A stretch of 64,000 nucleotides of DNA from Octopus sinensis (GCF_006345805.1 NC_043005.1:17546001-17610000); one strand, 5' to 3'. Positions 11,950 to 25,870 are shown, counted from the first letter of the stretch. A program made the numbers and translations. Notes: a model not told the origin generated them from the letters alone.

Positions 11950-12568
11950 AGGTACTGCAGAAAGGTGGAGTACTACAGAGAGATGGGGTACTGCAGGGAG
12001 ATGGGTACTACAGAGAGACAGGGTACTACAGAGAGATGGGGTACTGCAGAGAGACAGGGTACTACAGAGAAATGAGGTACTACAGAGAGATGGGGTACTG
12101 CAGAGAGACAGGGTACTACAGAGAAATGAGGTACTACAGAGAGATGAGGTACTACAGAGAGATGGGGTATTGCAGAGAGATGGGCTACTGCAGAGAGATG
12201 GGGTACTGCAGAGAGATGGGGTACTACAGAGAGACAGGGTACTGTAGAGAGACGGGGTACTACAGAGAAATGAGGTACTGCAGAGAGACGGGGTACTGCA
12301 GAGAGCTGGGGTACTGCTGAGAGATGGGGTACTACAGAGAGATGGGCTACTGCAGAGAGATGGGGTACTGCAGAGAGATGGGGTACTACAGAGAGACGGG
12401 GTACTACAGAGAGATGGGGTACTGCAGAGAGACAGGGTACTACAGAGAAATGAGGTACTGCAGAGAGATGGGGTACTGCAGAGAGACAGGATACTGCAGA
12501 GAGCTGGGGTACTGCTGAGAGATGGGGTACTACAGAGAGATGGGGTACTGCAGAGAAATGGGGTACTG
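11950..12568. repeat. 18-bp minisatellite, about 34 units (GGGGTACTRCAGAGAGAT)
   Basis: Period of 18 visible in the DNA and as 6-aa repeats in three ORFs. The variant GAGCTGGGGTACTGCTGA recurs 198 bp (11 units) apart. Confidence 0.95.
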
Positions 12569-13030
12569 GTAGTTGAAGCACATTAGTGAACTAATAGAAT
12601 TAGGACAGGCATGAGAATCACACCTTCCATTTTTGGGGTCTCTAAAATATAAAGGATTTGTGCATGGTTAAACAAAAAACATATTCACCATATTCTCAAT
12701 GCACTGAGTTTAATAGAAATGATACAATGTTTAACTATAATATTTACCTTAGTACAGTGAAATCTCCACTTTTTTGCTACATAAAATCAATAAAGTATGT
12801 CATGCATTTTGTTTGCTTTTACACTCAAGTATAATGCTACCCCACCTTAATTTTGACCTTGATGTTTAGTATTTGATTTCTCACATTGGACAAGAGTAAA
12901 TACAATATGTTTTATTTGGGAGAAATGTTACTGTGCAATCTACTTATCTCTGCTTGGTAAAGATACTATTACTGCATCAAACCACGTACCTTTCTCAAGT
13001 TAGTTTTGCAGAAATGTAACCATGTAACTA

Positions 13031-13203
13031 TAGGCGCAGGAGTGGCTGTGTGGTAAGTAGCTTGCTAACCAACCACATGGTTCCGGGTTCAGTCCCACTG
13101 CGTGGCATCTTGGGCAAGTGTCTTCTGCTATAGCCCCGGGCCGACCAATGCCTTGTGAGTGGATTTGGTAGACAGAAACTGAAAGAAGCCTGTCGTATAT
13201 ATG

Positions 13204-13234
<31 letters not shown>

Positions 13235-13392
13235 TTGTGTGCTGGTGTGTTTACATCCCCCGTCACTTAGCGGTTCGGCAAAAAGAGACCGATAGAATAA
13301 GTACTGGGCTTACAAAGAATAAGTCCCAGGGTCGATTTGCTCGACTAAAGGCGGTGCTCCAGCATGGCCGCAGTCAAATGACTGAAACAAAT
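13031..13392 (+). mobile_element. SINE family 2
   Basis: Family match with a shortened middle. Confidence 0.85.
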
Positions 13393-13649
13393 ATTGTTTA
13401 ATAGATGTAGGTAATCATAAGTAGTTTAGTGACTTGCTTCACAGCCATGAAGTCCATGGCTTGATCTCACTGTCTGTTATCTTGGGCAGGTTCCTTTACC
13501 ATAACTTCAGCTTAACCTAAGCCCTAGTCCATCTGAAGAATAAGTACTATGGAAATGAGCTCATGTTTGGGTAAAAAGAAACAGAATTGTCCATTGTCAT
13601 GAAACCCATCATTCTTCCCCTTTGGTGTAATCATCACCATTCTCATCAT

Positions 13650-13771
13650 ATTTACATATATACATATACATACACACACATATATATACATATATAAACA
13701 CATACACATATAAATATACACACAGACACATATAAATATACACACACACACACATATAAATATACACACAC

Positions 13772-13808
<37 letters not shown>

Positions 13809-13898
13809 CATATACATACATATATATATATATACATATATACACATATATCTACATACACACACACACACATATACAAATATATACACATACTCACT

Positions 13899-13943
<45 letters not shown>

Positions 13944-13960
13944 ATACACATATACATATA
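13650..13960. repeat. Compound (TA)n/(CA)n microsatellite
   Basis: Direct reading. Confidence 0.9.
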
Positions 13961-13963
13961 TAT

Positions 13964-14375
13964 AGGTGCAGGAGTGGCTGCATGGTAAGTAGCTTGCTTA
14001 CCAACCACCTGGTTCTGAGTTCAGCCCCATTGCGGGGCACCTTGCGCAAGTGTCTTCTACTATTACCTCAGGCCTTCTGAGTGGATTTGGTAGACGGAAA
14101 CTGAAAGAAGCCCATCATGTGTGTGTGTGTTTGTGTTTGTGTGTTTGTGTTTGTGTGTTTGTGTTTGTGTGTTTGTGTTTGTCTCCCCCACTGTCACTTG
14201 ACAACCAATTCTGGTGTGTTTACGTCCCCATAATGTAGTAGTTTGACAAAAGAGACCGATAGAATAAGTACTAGGCTTACAAAGAATAAGTCCTGAGGTC
14301 AATTTGATTGACTAAAGGCGGTGCTCCAGCATGGCTGCAATCAAATGATTGAAACAAATATAAGAGTAAAAGACT
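13964..14375 (+). mobile_element. SINE family 2, full length
   Basis: Family match. Confidence 0.85.
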
Positions 14376-14494
14376 AAAATATATATATATTTGTAGTGAA
14401 TCTTGCATGCTTGAAGTGGATTCGATCCACTATAGCCAAATTTAATCTAACACTGCTACAGAATTTTTCCCACAGTGGAACAATGGTTTTTCTC

Positions 14495-14683
14495 CCCCAA
14501 CATTGCTTGACAACCGATGCTGGTGTGTTTACGTCCCCGTAACTTAGCGATTCGGCAAAAGAGACCGATAGAATAAGTACTAGGCTTACAAAGAATAAGT
14601 CCTGGATTCGATTTGCTCGACTAAAGGCGGTGCTCAAGCATGGCCGCAGTCAAATGACTGAAACAAATAAAAGAGTAAAGAGC
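14495..14683 (+). mobile_element. SINE family 2, 3' half
   Basis: CATTGCTTGACAACCGATGCTGG...GAAACAAATAAAAGAG. Confidence 0.8.
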
Positions 14684-14994
14684 ATTCTATCTGTCTCAGC
14701 AATTACTACTAAACAATGAAGAGAACCCAAACACATCTAACTTTCTCTCGCATGTTTTTGGATTTATCACAACCTGCCCGTGGAGGCAAAGTATTTATAA
14801 CGTAACGGTAAATAAACATTTCCTTAAAACGCCATTCATTTTCTATCTTACACATCCTACCGTATGCAATTATAACCACAAATTATTATCGTTACCACTG
14901 CTTACACCAACATCATCATAATATTATTTACCAATCAATTTCTACCATTACAACTGGTAACTACACCAAAACAATTTCTGCCATTACATACATA

Positions 14995-15049
<55 letters not shown>

Positions 15050-15235
15050 CACACACACATATATATATATAATATATATTATACACACACACACACATAT
15101 ATACATATACACATATATATATATATATACACACACACATATATACATATATACATAATATATATATATATATATATATATTAATAAATTTTAGGGTAGC
15201 AAAAAAATTCTAGAAAAATTCTCCGCTACCAGTGG

Positions 15236-15329
15236 TCTTCCTGCTGAAGATGGCAACGCCAATTGTAAATTAAAATAATTTTATTTCATTTACAAAAGAT
15301 TGCCAAAACTATGCATAGTCCAGGAAAGA
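15236..15329 (+). ncRNA. Type I hammerhead ribozyme fold (G12A, probably inactivated copy)
   Basis: Stem I TCTTCCTG/CAGGAAAGA, core CTGAAGA (15244-50), stem II GGCAA/TTGCC, then AAAA in place of GAAA, palindromic stem III ACTATGCATAGT and a GTC cleavage triplet ending at 15320. Confidence 0.65.
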
Positions 15330-15464
15330 TAGGGTAAACGTTTTTATTTCTCTTTCCATTTCAGAATTACAACTATTAGTGGTTTGGAGTTTGGCTGCTG
15401 TTTCTAGTGAGTCAGATGTCCTATTATGGCCATTTCTTATGTGTTTATATATATATACACACAC

Positions 15465-15520
<56 letters not shown>

Positions 15521-15581
15521 GTATACATATACACACACACATATATACATATATCTATCTATATATAGATAGATGTGTTAC

Positions 15582-15968
15582 CAGTGCCGGTGGCATGTAA
15601 GAGAACCATCCATTCGTGACCGTTGCCAGCGCCACCCTGACTGGCCTCGTGCCGGTGGCATGTAAAAAGCACCATCCGTTCGTGTCCGTTGCCAGCCTCT
15701 CCTGGCCCCCATGCCGGTAGCACATAAAAAGCACCATCTGTTCGTGGTCGTTTGCCAGCTCTGTCTGGCACCTGTGCGGGTGGCACGTAAAAAGCACCCA
15801 CTACACTCATGGAGTGGTTGGCGTTAGGGAGGGCATCCAGCCGTAGAAACACTGCCAGATCTGACTAGGCCTGATGAAGCCTTCCGGCTTCACAGACCCC
15901 AGTTGAACCGTCCAACCCATGCTAGCATGGAGAACGGACGCTAAACGATGATGATGATGATGATGATG
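15582..15968 (+). mobile_element. RTE 3' tail with about 4 subrepeats
   Basis: Repeated GCCGGTGGCA(C/T)GTAAAAAGCACCATC units, then the common tail and (GAT)n. Confidence 0.8.
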
Positions 15969-16355
15969 ATATACATATATATGTACACACATATACACAC
16001 ACACATATAGTCAGGTAAATGTTGGGTTTGGAACTTAGAGTGTCTGGAGTATGTGTGGGCCAGTTAGGGATGGTAAATCGATGAATGAAGTTGATGTAGT
16101 GAGTAGAGAACTGTAAAAGGGTTAGTCTTTTTGTGTTGTTTTGTTTTGTTGTTGTTTGTATTGGTGGCATCAATATGAGGTGAATGTGAAAGCCAATGGG
16201 ATTTGTGAGGTTTGAAGTGACAACAGTCAATGACTGAAAAGAGAGAGAGACAGAGAGATAGAGAGAGGGAGTGGTGAAAATGAGATAAATGTCCTTGATT
16301 GAAGAAGAGATGTCAACAGTCAACAAAGAGAGTTGTTGGCAGTTTGAGGAGTTAG

Positions 16356-16387
<32 letters not shown>

Positions 16388-16546
16388 AAGTGGGTGGAAT
16401 GAAGGAAGAGACTTTGAGACAGAGTTAACTAGAAATCTCTTTTGCTGATATAAAGGTGACAGTGGTGCATAGGTAGGATAGTATAACATAGACATTCACC
16501 GACAACCACTTTATAAAGTAAAACTTGAGTAAAGTCAATAGAGACG

Positions 16547-16930
16547 TAAGTAGCTTGTTTACCAACCACATGGTTCCGGGTTCAGTCCCACTGCGTTGCA
16601 CCTTGGGCAAATGTCTTCTACTATAGCCTCAGGCCGTGAGTGGATTTGGTAGACGGAAACTGAAAGAAGCCCATCGTATATATGTATAATATATAATATA
16701 TAATATATATATATATGTGTGTGTATATGTTTGTCCCATCCAACATCGCTTGACAACCAATGCTGGCGTGTTTATGTCCCCGTCACTTAGCGGTTTGGCA
16801 AAAGAGACCGATAGAATAAGTACTAGGCTTACAAAGAATAAGTCCCAGGGTCGAGTTGCTCGATTAAAGGCGGTGCTCCAGCATGGCCGCAGTCAAATGA
16901 CTGAAACAAATAAAAGAGAAAAGAGAAAGA
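16547..16930 (+). mobile_element. SINE family 2
   Basis: Family match. Confidence 0.8.
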
Positions 16931-16934
16931 GATA

Positions 16935-17200
16935 TAAGGGCTGAGAGTAGGGACAGGATGTGTGGTCAGCATGCTAATAAGAGGTGAGGTGTGGTGTGGG
17001 GCAATCTATGTTGGACTGGAGCCTATGGGTGTTATGGAAAAAGGTCAAGATTGTCAAAGAGGTTTTAGTTTCAGATATGTACATATAGGGAAGTGTAGAG
17101 TTTGACATTGTGCCCTGTGGTTATGATAATCCTCAAGAGCCCTGGTCTGAAATGCTTGCGAAATAGTCTTGTTAGTTATTGGTTGTGAGTAAAACAAATG
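16935..17200 (-). mobile_element. Possible Penelope-like GIY-YIG endonuclease remnant
   Basis: Minus frame LPYMYISETKTSL resembles the YIGET.R.L motif. Shares CACTCTCAGCCC with the element at 27880. Confidence 0.35.
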
Positions 17201-18070
17201 ATAAATGGTGGGACATTAGTGATATTTAGTTACATCCTTCCTTTTGAGTTCAAATCCCACGTAAGTGACCAATGTCTTTTCGTATTTTTAGGGTTAATAA
17301 AATATCTCCCAGATACACTCGAACCATTTCCTAGCTCTTGGACCCTTCACACCATCACCTAGCTCTCGGGGCCTTCAGCAGAGGTGTTCAGTCTAGTGCA
17401 AACACTAAGGTCAGGTCTTTAATTTGAGGATAAAGAATGCACACACAGTGTGTGTGTGTGTGTGTGTGTGCATGCACGTGTCTGTGTGTGTATCGTCGTC
17501 ATTGTCATCATCATTTAACAACCGTTTTTGACGCTGGTATGGATTGGACAGTTTGATAGAAGCTCCAGGCTTTACTGCTCCAGGCTTTACTGTCTGTTTT
17601 TGTCATGGTTTTTATAGCTGGATGCCCTTCTTAATGCCAGAGTGAATTGGATGCTTTTTACATGACGCCATCCATGTTCAAAGAACTAGGAAAATATTAC
17701 CTTACTTGGAAACAGGTGAGTGTTGGCATTAGGAAGGGCATCTGGCTATAAAATGTCTACATCACTGAATCTTGTTTCAGTTGTGCAAGCATGGAAAAGT
17801 AGACATTAAAATGATGGTGATCATATGTTTGTATGAGTGTATAACAGAGTCTCACATATGCAACATAGTGGGTTGAAAAACTTCAATTAATTCAGACAAT
17901 CTTTGCAATTTCTAGACAAAAGCTTTCGAAAGGTGTTTAAAATTTATAAACAGAAAGCAAGGGAGACAACTCCAATAACATCAGGCAATCCATACCATTT
18001 TGTCTGCCTTATCTGTCTGTCCCTCACTCTCTCTATTTACATATGTGTGTGTGCTTGTGTGTGTGTGTGC

Positions 18071-18102
<32 letters not shown>

Positions 18103-18319
18103 ATGTGTGTGTGTGTGATCATCATCACTGATTGCAAAATTATTTTACACAGGCTGGCATGCACACACATATACGCATACAGAGAGAGAGAGAGAGAAAG
18201 AGAGAGAAAGGAGAGTGGAGAGAGAGATATATATATAAGATACACATACACCACATATATATATACATAGATGTATGTATAAGAATATATGAATGTATAT
18301 CTATATAAATACATACATT

Positions 18320-19325
<1,006 letters not shown>

Positions 19326-19474
19326 GGCTGCAGTCTAATGACTGAAACAAGTAAAAGATAAAATATACATGTATGTTTACAGACAAACACATGTATATAT
19401 ATATACACACACACAATATATATATGCACATACATACACACATATATACATATATTATATGTATATATATATAT

Positions 19475-19590
19475 ATTGCTCGCTTAGCCAGTGGGATGGC
19501 GTCATTCGAAGGCTAAAACAATGCGAACGCATTGTGACCAGCGATGTGTAACTACATCTGATGGACTGGTTGATCACGTGATCACGTGAT
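19475..19590. repeat. Unclassified short dispersed repeat flanked by (TA)n; diverged inverted copy at about 32460-32540
   Basis: CATTGTGACCAGCGATGTGTAACTACATCTGAT versus ATCAGATGTTGTTATTCAGTGATGGTCACAATG. Confidence 0.55.
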
Positions 19591-19592
19591 AT

Positions 19593-19645
<53 letters not shown>

Positions 19646-20102
19646 CACATATAATATATATAGATATATATGTGTCTGTGTATGTGTTTGTGTATGTATG
19701 TGTTTGTGTATATATGTGTCTGTGTATGTATATATATATTATATATACTATCTTTAAGTAAACATCTATTAAACAAAAAGCAGAAGTACAAGGTTCTATC
19801 ATCGAACAATAGTTTGGTGATAAAATTAAAGTGTTTGCAATGAGTGTGACACCTGAAAATAGGTGGGGGGAAGTCACCAGTATAGAAATTTCTCAATATT
19901 ATTTTTTCTTTATCTATATGAAAGTTAGAGGTAAGATATATATAGAAATTGTATAAGGTGGAAACATGAGAGTTTATGAAATAGTGTTGAAGTATTTGAG
20001 TGAATTAATAAAACCAGGGTATGAGTTCAATTTGTGGAAAAAATTTGTATTAATAACTGCTTAGTTTTAGAAAATATTTCACACACAGGCACATACATAT
20101 TC

Positions 20103-20174
<72 letters not shown>

Positions 20175-20181
20175 ATGTATG

Positions 20182-20214
<33 letters not shown>

Positions 20215-20239
20215 CATCATCATCGTTTAACATCTGCCT

Positions 20240-20425
20240 TCATTTTTTTTCTCTCCTTGTTTCTCTCCGTGTTTCTTTTCTGTGTATCTTTCTGTTGAAG
20301 AGCGTAGGCTCGAAACGTAAAAGACTTGTTTTATTTATATTCCTGAGTGCCATACTAATACAATTGTTTGTTTGTATTCCCCCTGCCTTCGTCTTTTGTT
20401 TATTTTCATAAAGCTTCCCGTTATA
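20240..20425 (+). mobile_element. Short Penelope-like element carrying a minimal hammerhead motif (20287-20324)
   Basis: TCTTT-CTGTTGA-A-GAGC GTAG GCTC-GAAA-CGTA-AAAGA. Homologous to 43478-43680 and 45105-45290; ends in (TA)n. Confidence 0.6.
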
Positions 20426-20639
20426 TATATATATATAGCCTGGAAGACAAATATTAAATGATGATGATATATATACCTATATAGATGAATATATATAAAA
20501 TGTTTAACCTAAATACATTTGTGCCTCTGTGTGTGTGTGTGTATTTATGCACACACACACACACACACAGAGAGGTTTGGCAATGCAAACAGGAAAAATA
20601 GAACTCAAAACATGAATATATATTTCTATCTTTTTCTCT

Positions 20640-20852
20640 TTTATTCTTTTACTTGTTTCAGTCATTTGACTGTGGCCATGCTGGAGCACCGCCATTAGCT
20701 GAACAAATTGACCCCAGGACTTATTCTTTGTAAGCCTAGCGCTTATTCTATCAGTCCCTTTTGCTGAACCGCTAGGTTACAGGGATGTAAACACACCAGC
20801 ATTGGTTGACAAGTGATGGTGGGGGAACAAACACAAGCAAAAAACACCCCGC

Positions 20853-20902
<50 letters not shown>

Positions 20903-20985
20903 ATGTATATGTGTGTTATATATATATATTATATATATATATATATATATAATATATATAATGGGCTTCTTTCAGTTTCTGTATA
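20640..20985 (-). mobile_element. SINE family 2, head truncated, expanded internal microsatellite
   Basis: Family match. Confidence 0.75.
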
Positions 20986-21039
20986 TTAGTGTGTGTGTGT
21001 GTGTGTTGTGTGTGTGTGTGTATATATATATATGTGACC

Positions 21040-21240
21040 TCGTGTGTAGCGTTGGCGATTTTTTTTTCCGCTGTCTTCCCTTCTTTGGATCTTTCCTTCT
21101 CCTATGTTTCCGACGAAGAGCTCCGCTCGAAACGTTAAACCCTCCTTCTTTCCTTCTTTCCTGAGCGTCCAATAATACTATATTTGTTCCACGTCCTCGC
21201 GTTGTTGTGTTTTTTTGTGCTTTCTTGTTTGGATTAACTT
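21040..21240 (+). mobile_element. Second family of (TA)n-embedded short element with a minimal hammerhead motif (21106-21140)
   Basis: GTTT-CCGACGA-A-GAGC TCC GCTC-GAAA-CGTT-AAAC. Confidence 0.55.
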
Positions 21241-21561
21241 TATATATATATATATGTATATATATGTACACACACACACTCATTTAAGCATATATATACA
21301 CACACACAACAACAACAACAAAATAACACACATGCACATAGGCAGATTTAGTACAATAGACATCATTAGCCACATATACTTAACATACATGCTTCGTGTA
21401 TTTGCTGGTGGCCTGCTATTGACACGGTGGGATACATAACACCCAGCACTTTGAGAGAGTATATATGCTTTGAGAGAGTATATCACCAAACTGCACCCAT
21501 AGCAGCCCACTGTCAAATACACAAAGCATATATGTTAAGTATATTTGGTTGATGATATATA

Positions 21562-21789
21562 CAGGGTTGGACATAAGCCACCTGACAGTAAATCAAATTT
21601 CCATAAATACTATCTGTAACTCTGTATTGACTCAAACAGAAAAATGTGTCGCTCAAGTAGGACTTCAGCTTGAACAATTTTCATGTTGTTTCATGCTTTT
21701 ATTAAATTCATTTAACAAGTGTTAAACATAAATAAATTTTGGAATAAAATGGTTTTGATTTACTGTCAGGTTACTTTTGGCCAACCCTG
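21562..21789. mobile_element. Tc1/mariner-type MITE
   Basis: TA|CAGGGTTGGACATAAGCCACCTGAC ... GTCAGGTTACTTTTGGCCAACCCTG|TA: imperfect ~25-bp TIRs with a TA TSD. Confidence 0.8.
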
Positions 21790-21944
21790 TATATACATAA
21801 TCAGAAGTGTAGAGTATTATATATATCCATCAGGGCTAATCTTACTAAACAGTCTTGCACCAGAGGTACAACGGAGTGTTAGGTAACAACTTGATTATAT
21901 AAAACCATGCACATCATAGTATGTGTGTGTGTGTGTGTGTGGTG

Positions 21945-21977
<33 letters not shown>

Positions 21978-22170
21978 ATGTGTGTGTGTGCATGTGTCAT
22001 CATTGCCATAATCATTATTTTATGCCTACTTTCCATGTTGGCTTGAGATATGTCATCATGGTCAAGTCAGCTGCAACTCAGACTTACTGGGAACATGGCT
22101 CACACATTTTTACTTTGGCATGCATTGACAGACATACAGACAGACAGGCAGACAGACATACATACATGCA

Positions 22171-22595
22171 AAACTATTGAGAAATCTGCTGTTACTCTAT
22201 CCAGATTACAAGTTCAGGTTTATACCTGTAATTATTGGAGTTCGGGAATATGTATCACACTGCCTAAATGATAATCTTGAGAAATTAGGCTTCTCAAAAC
22301 CAGAATGGAGAAAGCTGATTCGAAGACTACAGATCCAATCCATCACTGGAACTATAAAAATCTCTAAAACTTTCCAAAAGTTTATCGTTTAAATATATAT
22401 ATATATATGAGCATGTCTAGATATGTAGCTATATGCATGAGGATACATACACAAAACATTCAAAACTGCATATATTCATACATACATACATACATACAAA
22501 CAAAAATACCCTGTTGTTGATGTTGATATTCCAATGAAAAAGTGTTGAACCCGCTCTTTCTCTACTGGCAAGAAATCTTGAAATAAAACTGAACA
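22171..22595 (+). mobile_element. 5'-truncated R4/Dong-like non-LTR retrotransposon
   Basis: LYPDYKFRFIPVIIG...LEKLGFSKPEWRKLIRRLQIQSITGTIKISKTFQKFIV* plus the same 3' UTR as 10845-11055. Confidence 0.6.
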
Positions 22596-22823
22596 AAAAT
22601 ACATATATTTGTGTGTGTGTTTATGTGTGTGTGTGTGTATGTGTGTTTATGTGTGTGTGTGGTGTGTGTGTGTGTGTGTGTCAAAAGTAAGGGATTACAC
22701 CAAAACGATTACCAGTCGCTCTCAGAAACATGTGTTGGTCCATATAAGATGGTAATATAAAGGAAAGAATTTGAGGTAATGCTTTGCAACATTGCACTAA
22801 TCCCTATTATTAATATTGTTATA

Positions 22824-22863
<40 letters not shown>

Positions 22864-23080
22864 AGGTGTATTCCGTGAAGAACATATTAGACTACAAAAT
22901 AGAGCCTGTTCACCCTTAGAATTACCAGATACCTGGCAGTATTATGGTTTACCACCAATTCTAGGCTTAGGCATTCCTCGTGTGTGAGAAATAAGACTTG
23001 TATAGTAGTCATTAACCAGCTGTTGAATCGTACTCCCTCTTCCTTTTGACACTATTTATACTTTCTTTTATATATATATA

Positions 23081-23475
23081 CTAGCAGTATCGCCCGGCGT
23101 TGCTTGGGTTTGTAACGGAAATAACTATATAAGCATTTTTAGAGAGTTATAGCCAAAAAATAGCAAAAAAATGCATTAAAAATGGAAAAAAAATTATGGT
23201 AATTTTTTTTTTAAATCGTTGACTCATCGTAGACATTTTTAGAGAGTTACTTCCCTTATATAATAGCGAAAAAAATGCATTAAAATGGAAAAAATGATGG
23301 TAAATTTCTTTTTAAATCGTAGACTCATCGTAGACGCGCGCTAATACCCAGAAGGGCTCGATATGAATCACGACTATAAGATACCCGGTTTTGGTTAAAC
23401 TGCACCGCAAAATGTGGGAGTAGTTAGGAATCTAAATCGTAGGAGACAGACATACAACTTCACTTTTATATATAT
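23081..23475 (-). mobile_element. Non-autonomous Helitron, copy 1
   Basis: Minus-strand 3' end CCC(A/G)AGCAACGCCGGG hairpin plus CTAG|T; internal ~85-bp subrepeat. Confidence 0.75.
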
Positions 23476-23989
23476 GTATATATATATCACTTATACACAG
23501 ATGAATTTCAGGTAATCGTACGAACACACATATGTATATATATATGAATAAATCTAGAGTAACTTACATTTTCTTGTGGGTTTGTAAACAGTCCGGAGGA
23601 AGTTGGAAGCATGTACAAAGCCTTCTTTCTGAACCTACAAATATGTAGGTATGGGTATATGTGTGTATGCGCCTTGTGTGTATATTGTATTTGTGTCTGT
23701 TATGCACGAATACACAAAATTGTCTACGTTGTTTGTGAAAGAAGAGTAGACTGTCTACAAATAGGTGTGTGTGTGCTTGTGTGTGTGTGTGTGTGTGTTT
23801 GTGTGTGTGTGCACATATATGTACATGTGCATGTGTGCATGTTTGCGTGTGTGTCTGCAGGAAATAGAACATAAAATTTACACCATGTTTATTTAGTTTA
23901 TATGTAGAAAGTACAGACACACACACACACACATATATACACACGCACACATACACACACACACACACACACACCAAGGAGCCTCTGTG

Positions 23990-25870
23990 AGATCACATAT
24001 CCTGCTACAAATGGCTCTCACATCCCCATTAAACGATGCTCTTCCCATTTAAAAAGCAGACACATTTAACACACACTACCAAGTGTGGAAAAAAAACCCC
24101 ACTCCAGCTGCTTTAAACAAACCCACCAGCCCTTAAAGTGTCCTTTCCAGTACCCATACACACTGAGCCCCAGAAATATGCTCTTTATACCCAACAAATT
24201 CTTTATTCTTTCACTATCTACAGGGATACACGCTGAGATCTTGAAACACGTCTCAGTGCGTCCTGTTTCAAAAAAAAGCACTTTCTCAAATCCATTCAAA
24301 TATTGCCCCATTGCACCTGTTTCTAATACCTCCAAGATAATGGAAATGCCCACAAACAATGATGTTCTCCATGAACTTTAATCTCTCTCTCCCTTCTCAG
24401 TGACCACCAGTACAGCTTCCACACAGCAAGATCCACTGAACACCTACTCTCTCACTTCAGACACCAGTCAGCTCTCACTATAGATGAGTTCAGTGAAAGT
24501 TATGGTGTTTCTCTCAGCACTAATAAAGCCTTTGACTGTACTTGGCATACAAAACTCATATCAAAAACTCCTCACTTAACCCTTTTGAGATGCTTTCTAT
24601 TTCTTTCAATAACTTTAAATATAACAAAGAACTCAGTAAAATAACTTATTTATCATTCAGCTAGTGTTAGGAACATAAGTTGTGACTAAGGTCTGGTGGA
24701 AGATTTTAATTCAGAACTTTTGAAAACAAGATATTTGTGCTCAGAGCCAAAACCAGTTTCAGCCGGGTTGGTAACAAAAGGGTTAAAGACTCCACCCATC
24801 TCTCATCTCCTGGATTGGTAGCTTCCTATCAGATTGTACCATTGCCTGAACTTTTAAAAACAAGACATTTGGGCTCAGAGCCAGAGCCGGTTTCAGCCGA
24901 GTTGGTAACAAAAGGGTTAAAGACTCCACCCATCTCTCATCTCCTGGATTGGTAGCTTCCTATCAGATTGTACCATTGCAGCATGTATTGACAGTGCTTT
25001 TTCTGCTCCTCTCCCAATTAACTTTAGTGTTCCCCAGTGTTTTATTCTGCCTTCCACTCTCTTCCTTCTATTCATCAATAATCTTAATGCCACCACATCC
25101 AAAAATATCCACTCCTTTGCAGAAAGCAAAACCCTTCATTCCTCTCTAATGTTTCCTAACTATGCATCTTCGACATGCAACCTAAACATCACATTCCAAA
25201 CCGGCATTGATTCCATTAATAGAGATCTTGGGACCATCTTTCAGTGGGGTCATGCCAACATTGTCCCTTTTATGAACAAAAAAATTTCAAGTGCAACTCG
25301 TAGCATGAAAACACTACTGCACCACACATCCTGTGAGTAGCACACAACTAAAGTCTTTAAAGTCATTTCAAATGTTAGGCTTCACTATTGCCAAAGATCT
25401 CTTCCAGTAAAAGCACAGCCTTAGCATACGGAGGGCCTTATCTCAAAGACTAACTAATTAGCCATTCTCTTTAGGACCAACAACTGCTGACACTCTACAA
25501 GACTTAAGTGAGGCTCATGATGGAATATTGTTCCCACATCTGGGACAGTATTACTGCTATATACACTTGATATCTTGGATTGCTTCCAGAATTAGACCCC
25601 TCAACTGATAGGCATCTTATCACTAATGGATCCACCCCCATGGAGAATGAATGAGAGAAAGCAGGACTCCTCAGCATAGACACAAGAGAATCAGCCATTC
25701 TAGAAGACAGCAGTATGATTGATAAAGCTATTGAAAATATAAAAGCAGAACACATTCCTTGTCCATTAGGAATTACCCCTAAGAAGCTTAAAATATTTAT
25801 TGAAATAAGAAACAGCCTAGTCCCCTGTAGAGTTAATCAGGTTGTAGAGGAAGGTGTACTCATAAAATGG
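23990..25870 (+). mobile_element. Degenerate CR1/L2-group LINE reverse transcriptase region
   Basis: VRPVSKK..SNPFKYCPIAPVSNTSKIME, KAFDCTWHTKL, SWIGSFLSD, VPQ..LPSTLFLLFINN and VRLMMEYCSHIW motifs, broken by stops and frameshifts. Confidence 0.8.
24580..24782. mobile_element. piggyBac-type MITE inserted in the LINE
   Basis: TTAA|CCCTTTTG ... CAAAAGGG|TTAA. Homologous inverted copies at 29212-29433 and partial at 37715-37800. Confidence 0.7.

Noticed and set aside
11950-12568. CRISPR array
   Set aside because: Contiguous tandem units with no unique spacers, in a eukaryotic context without cas genes.
11909-12581. Reflectin-like or structural protein from the GY(C/Y)RE(M/T) repeats
   Set aside because: Lacks the MD(X)5MD reflectin motif, has in-frame stops, and has no splice or start context. 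Frames stay open because the unit length is a multiple of 3.
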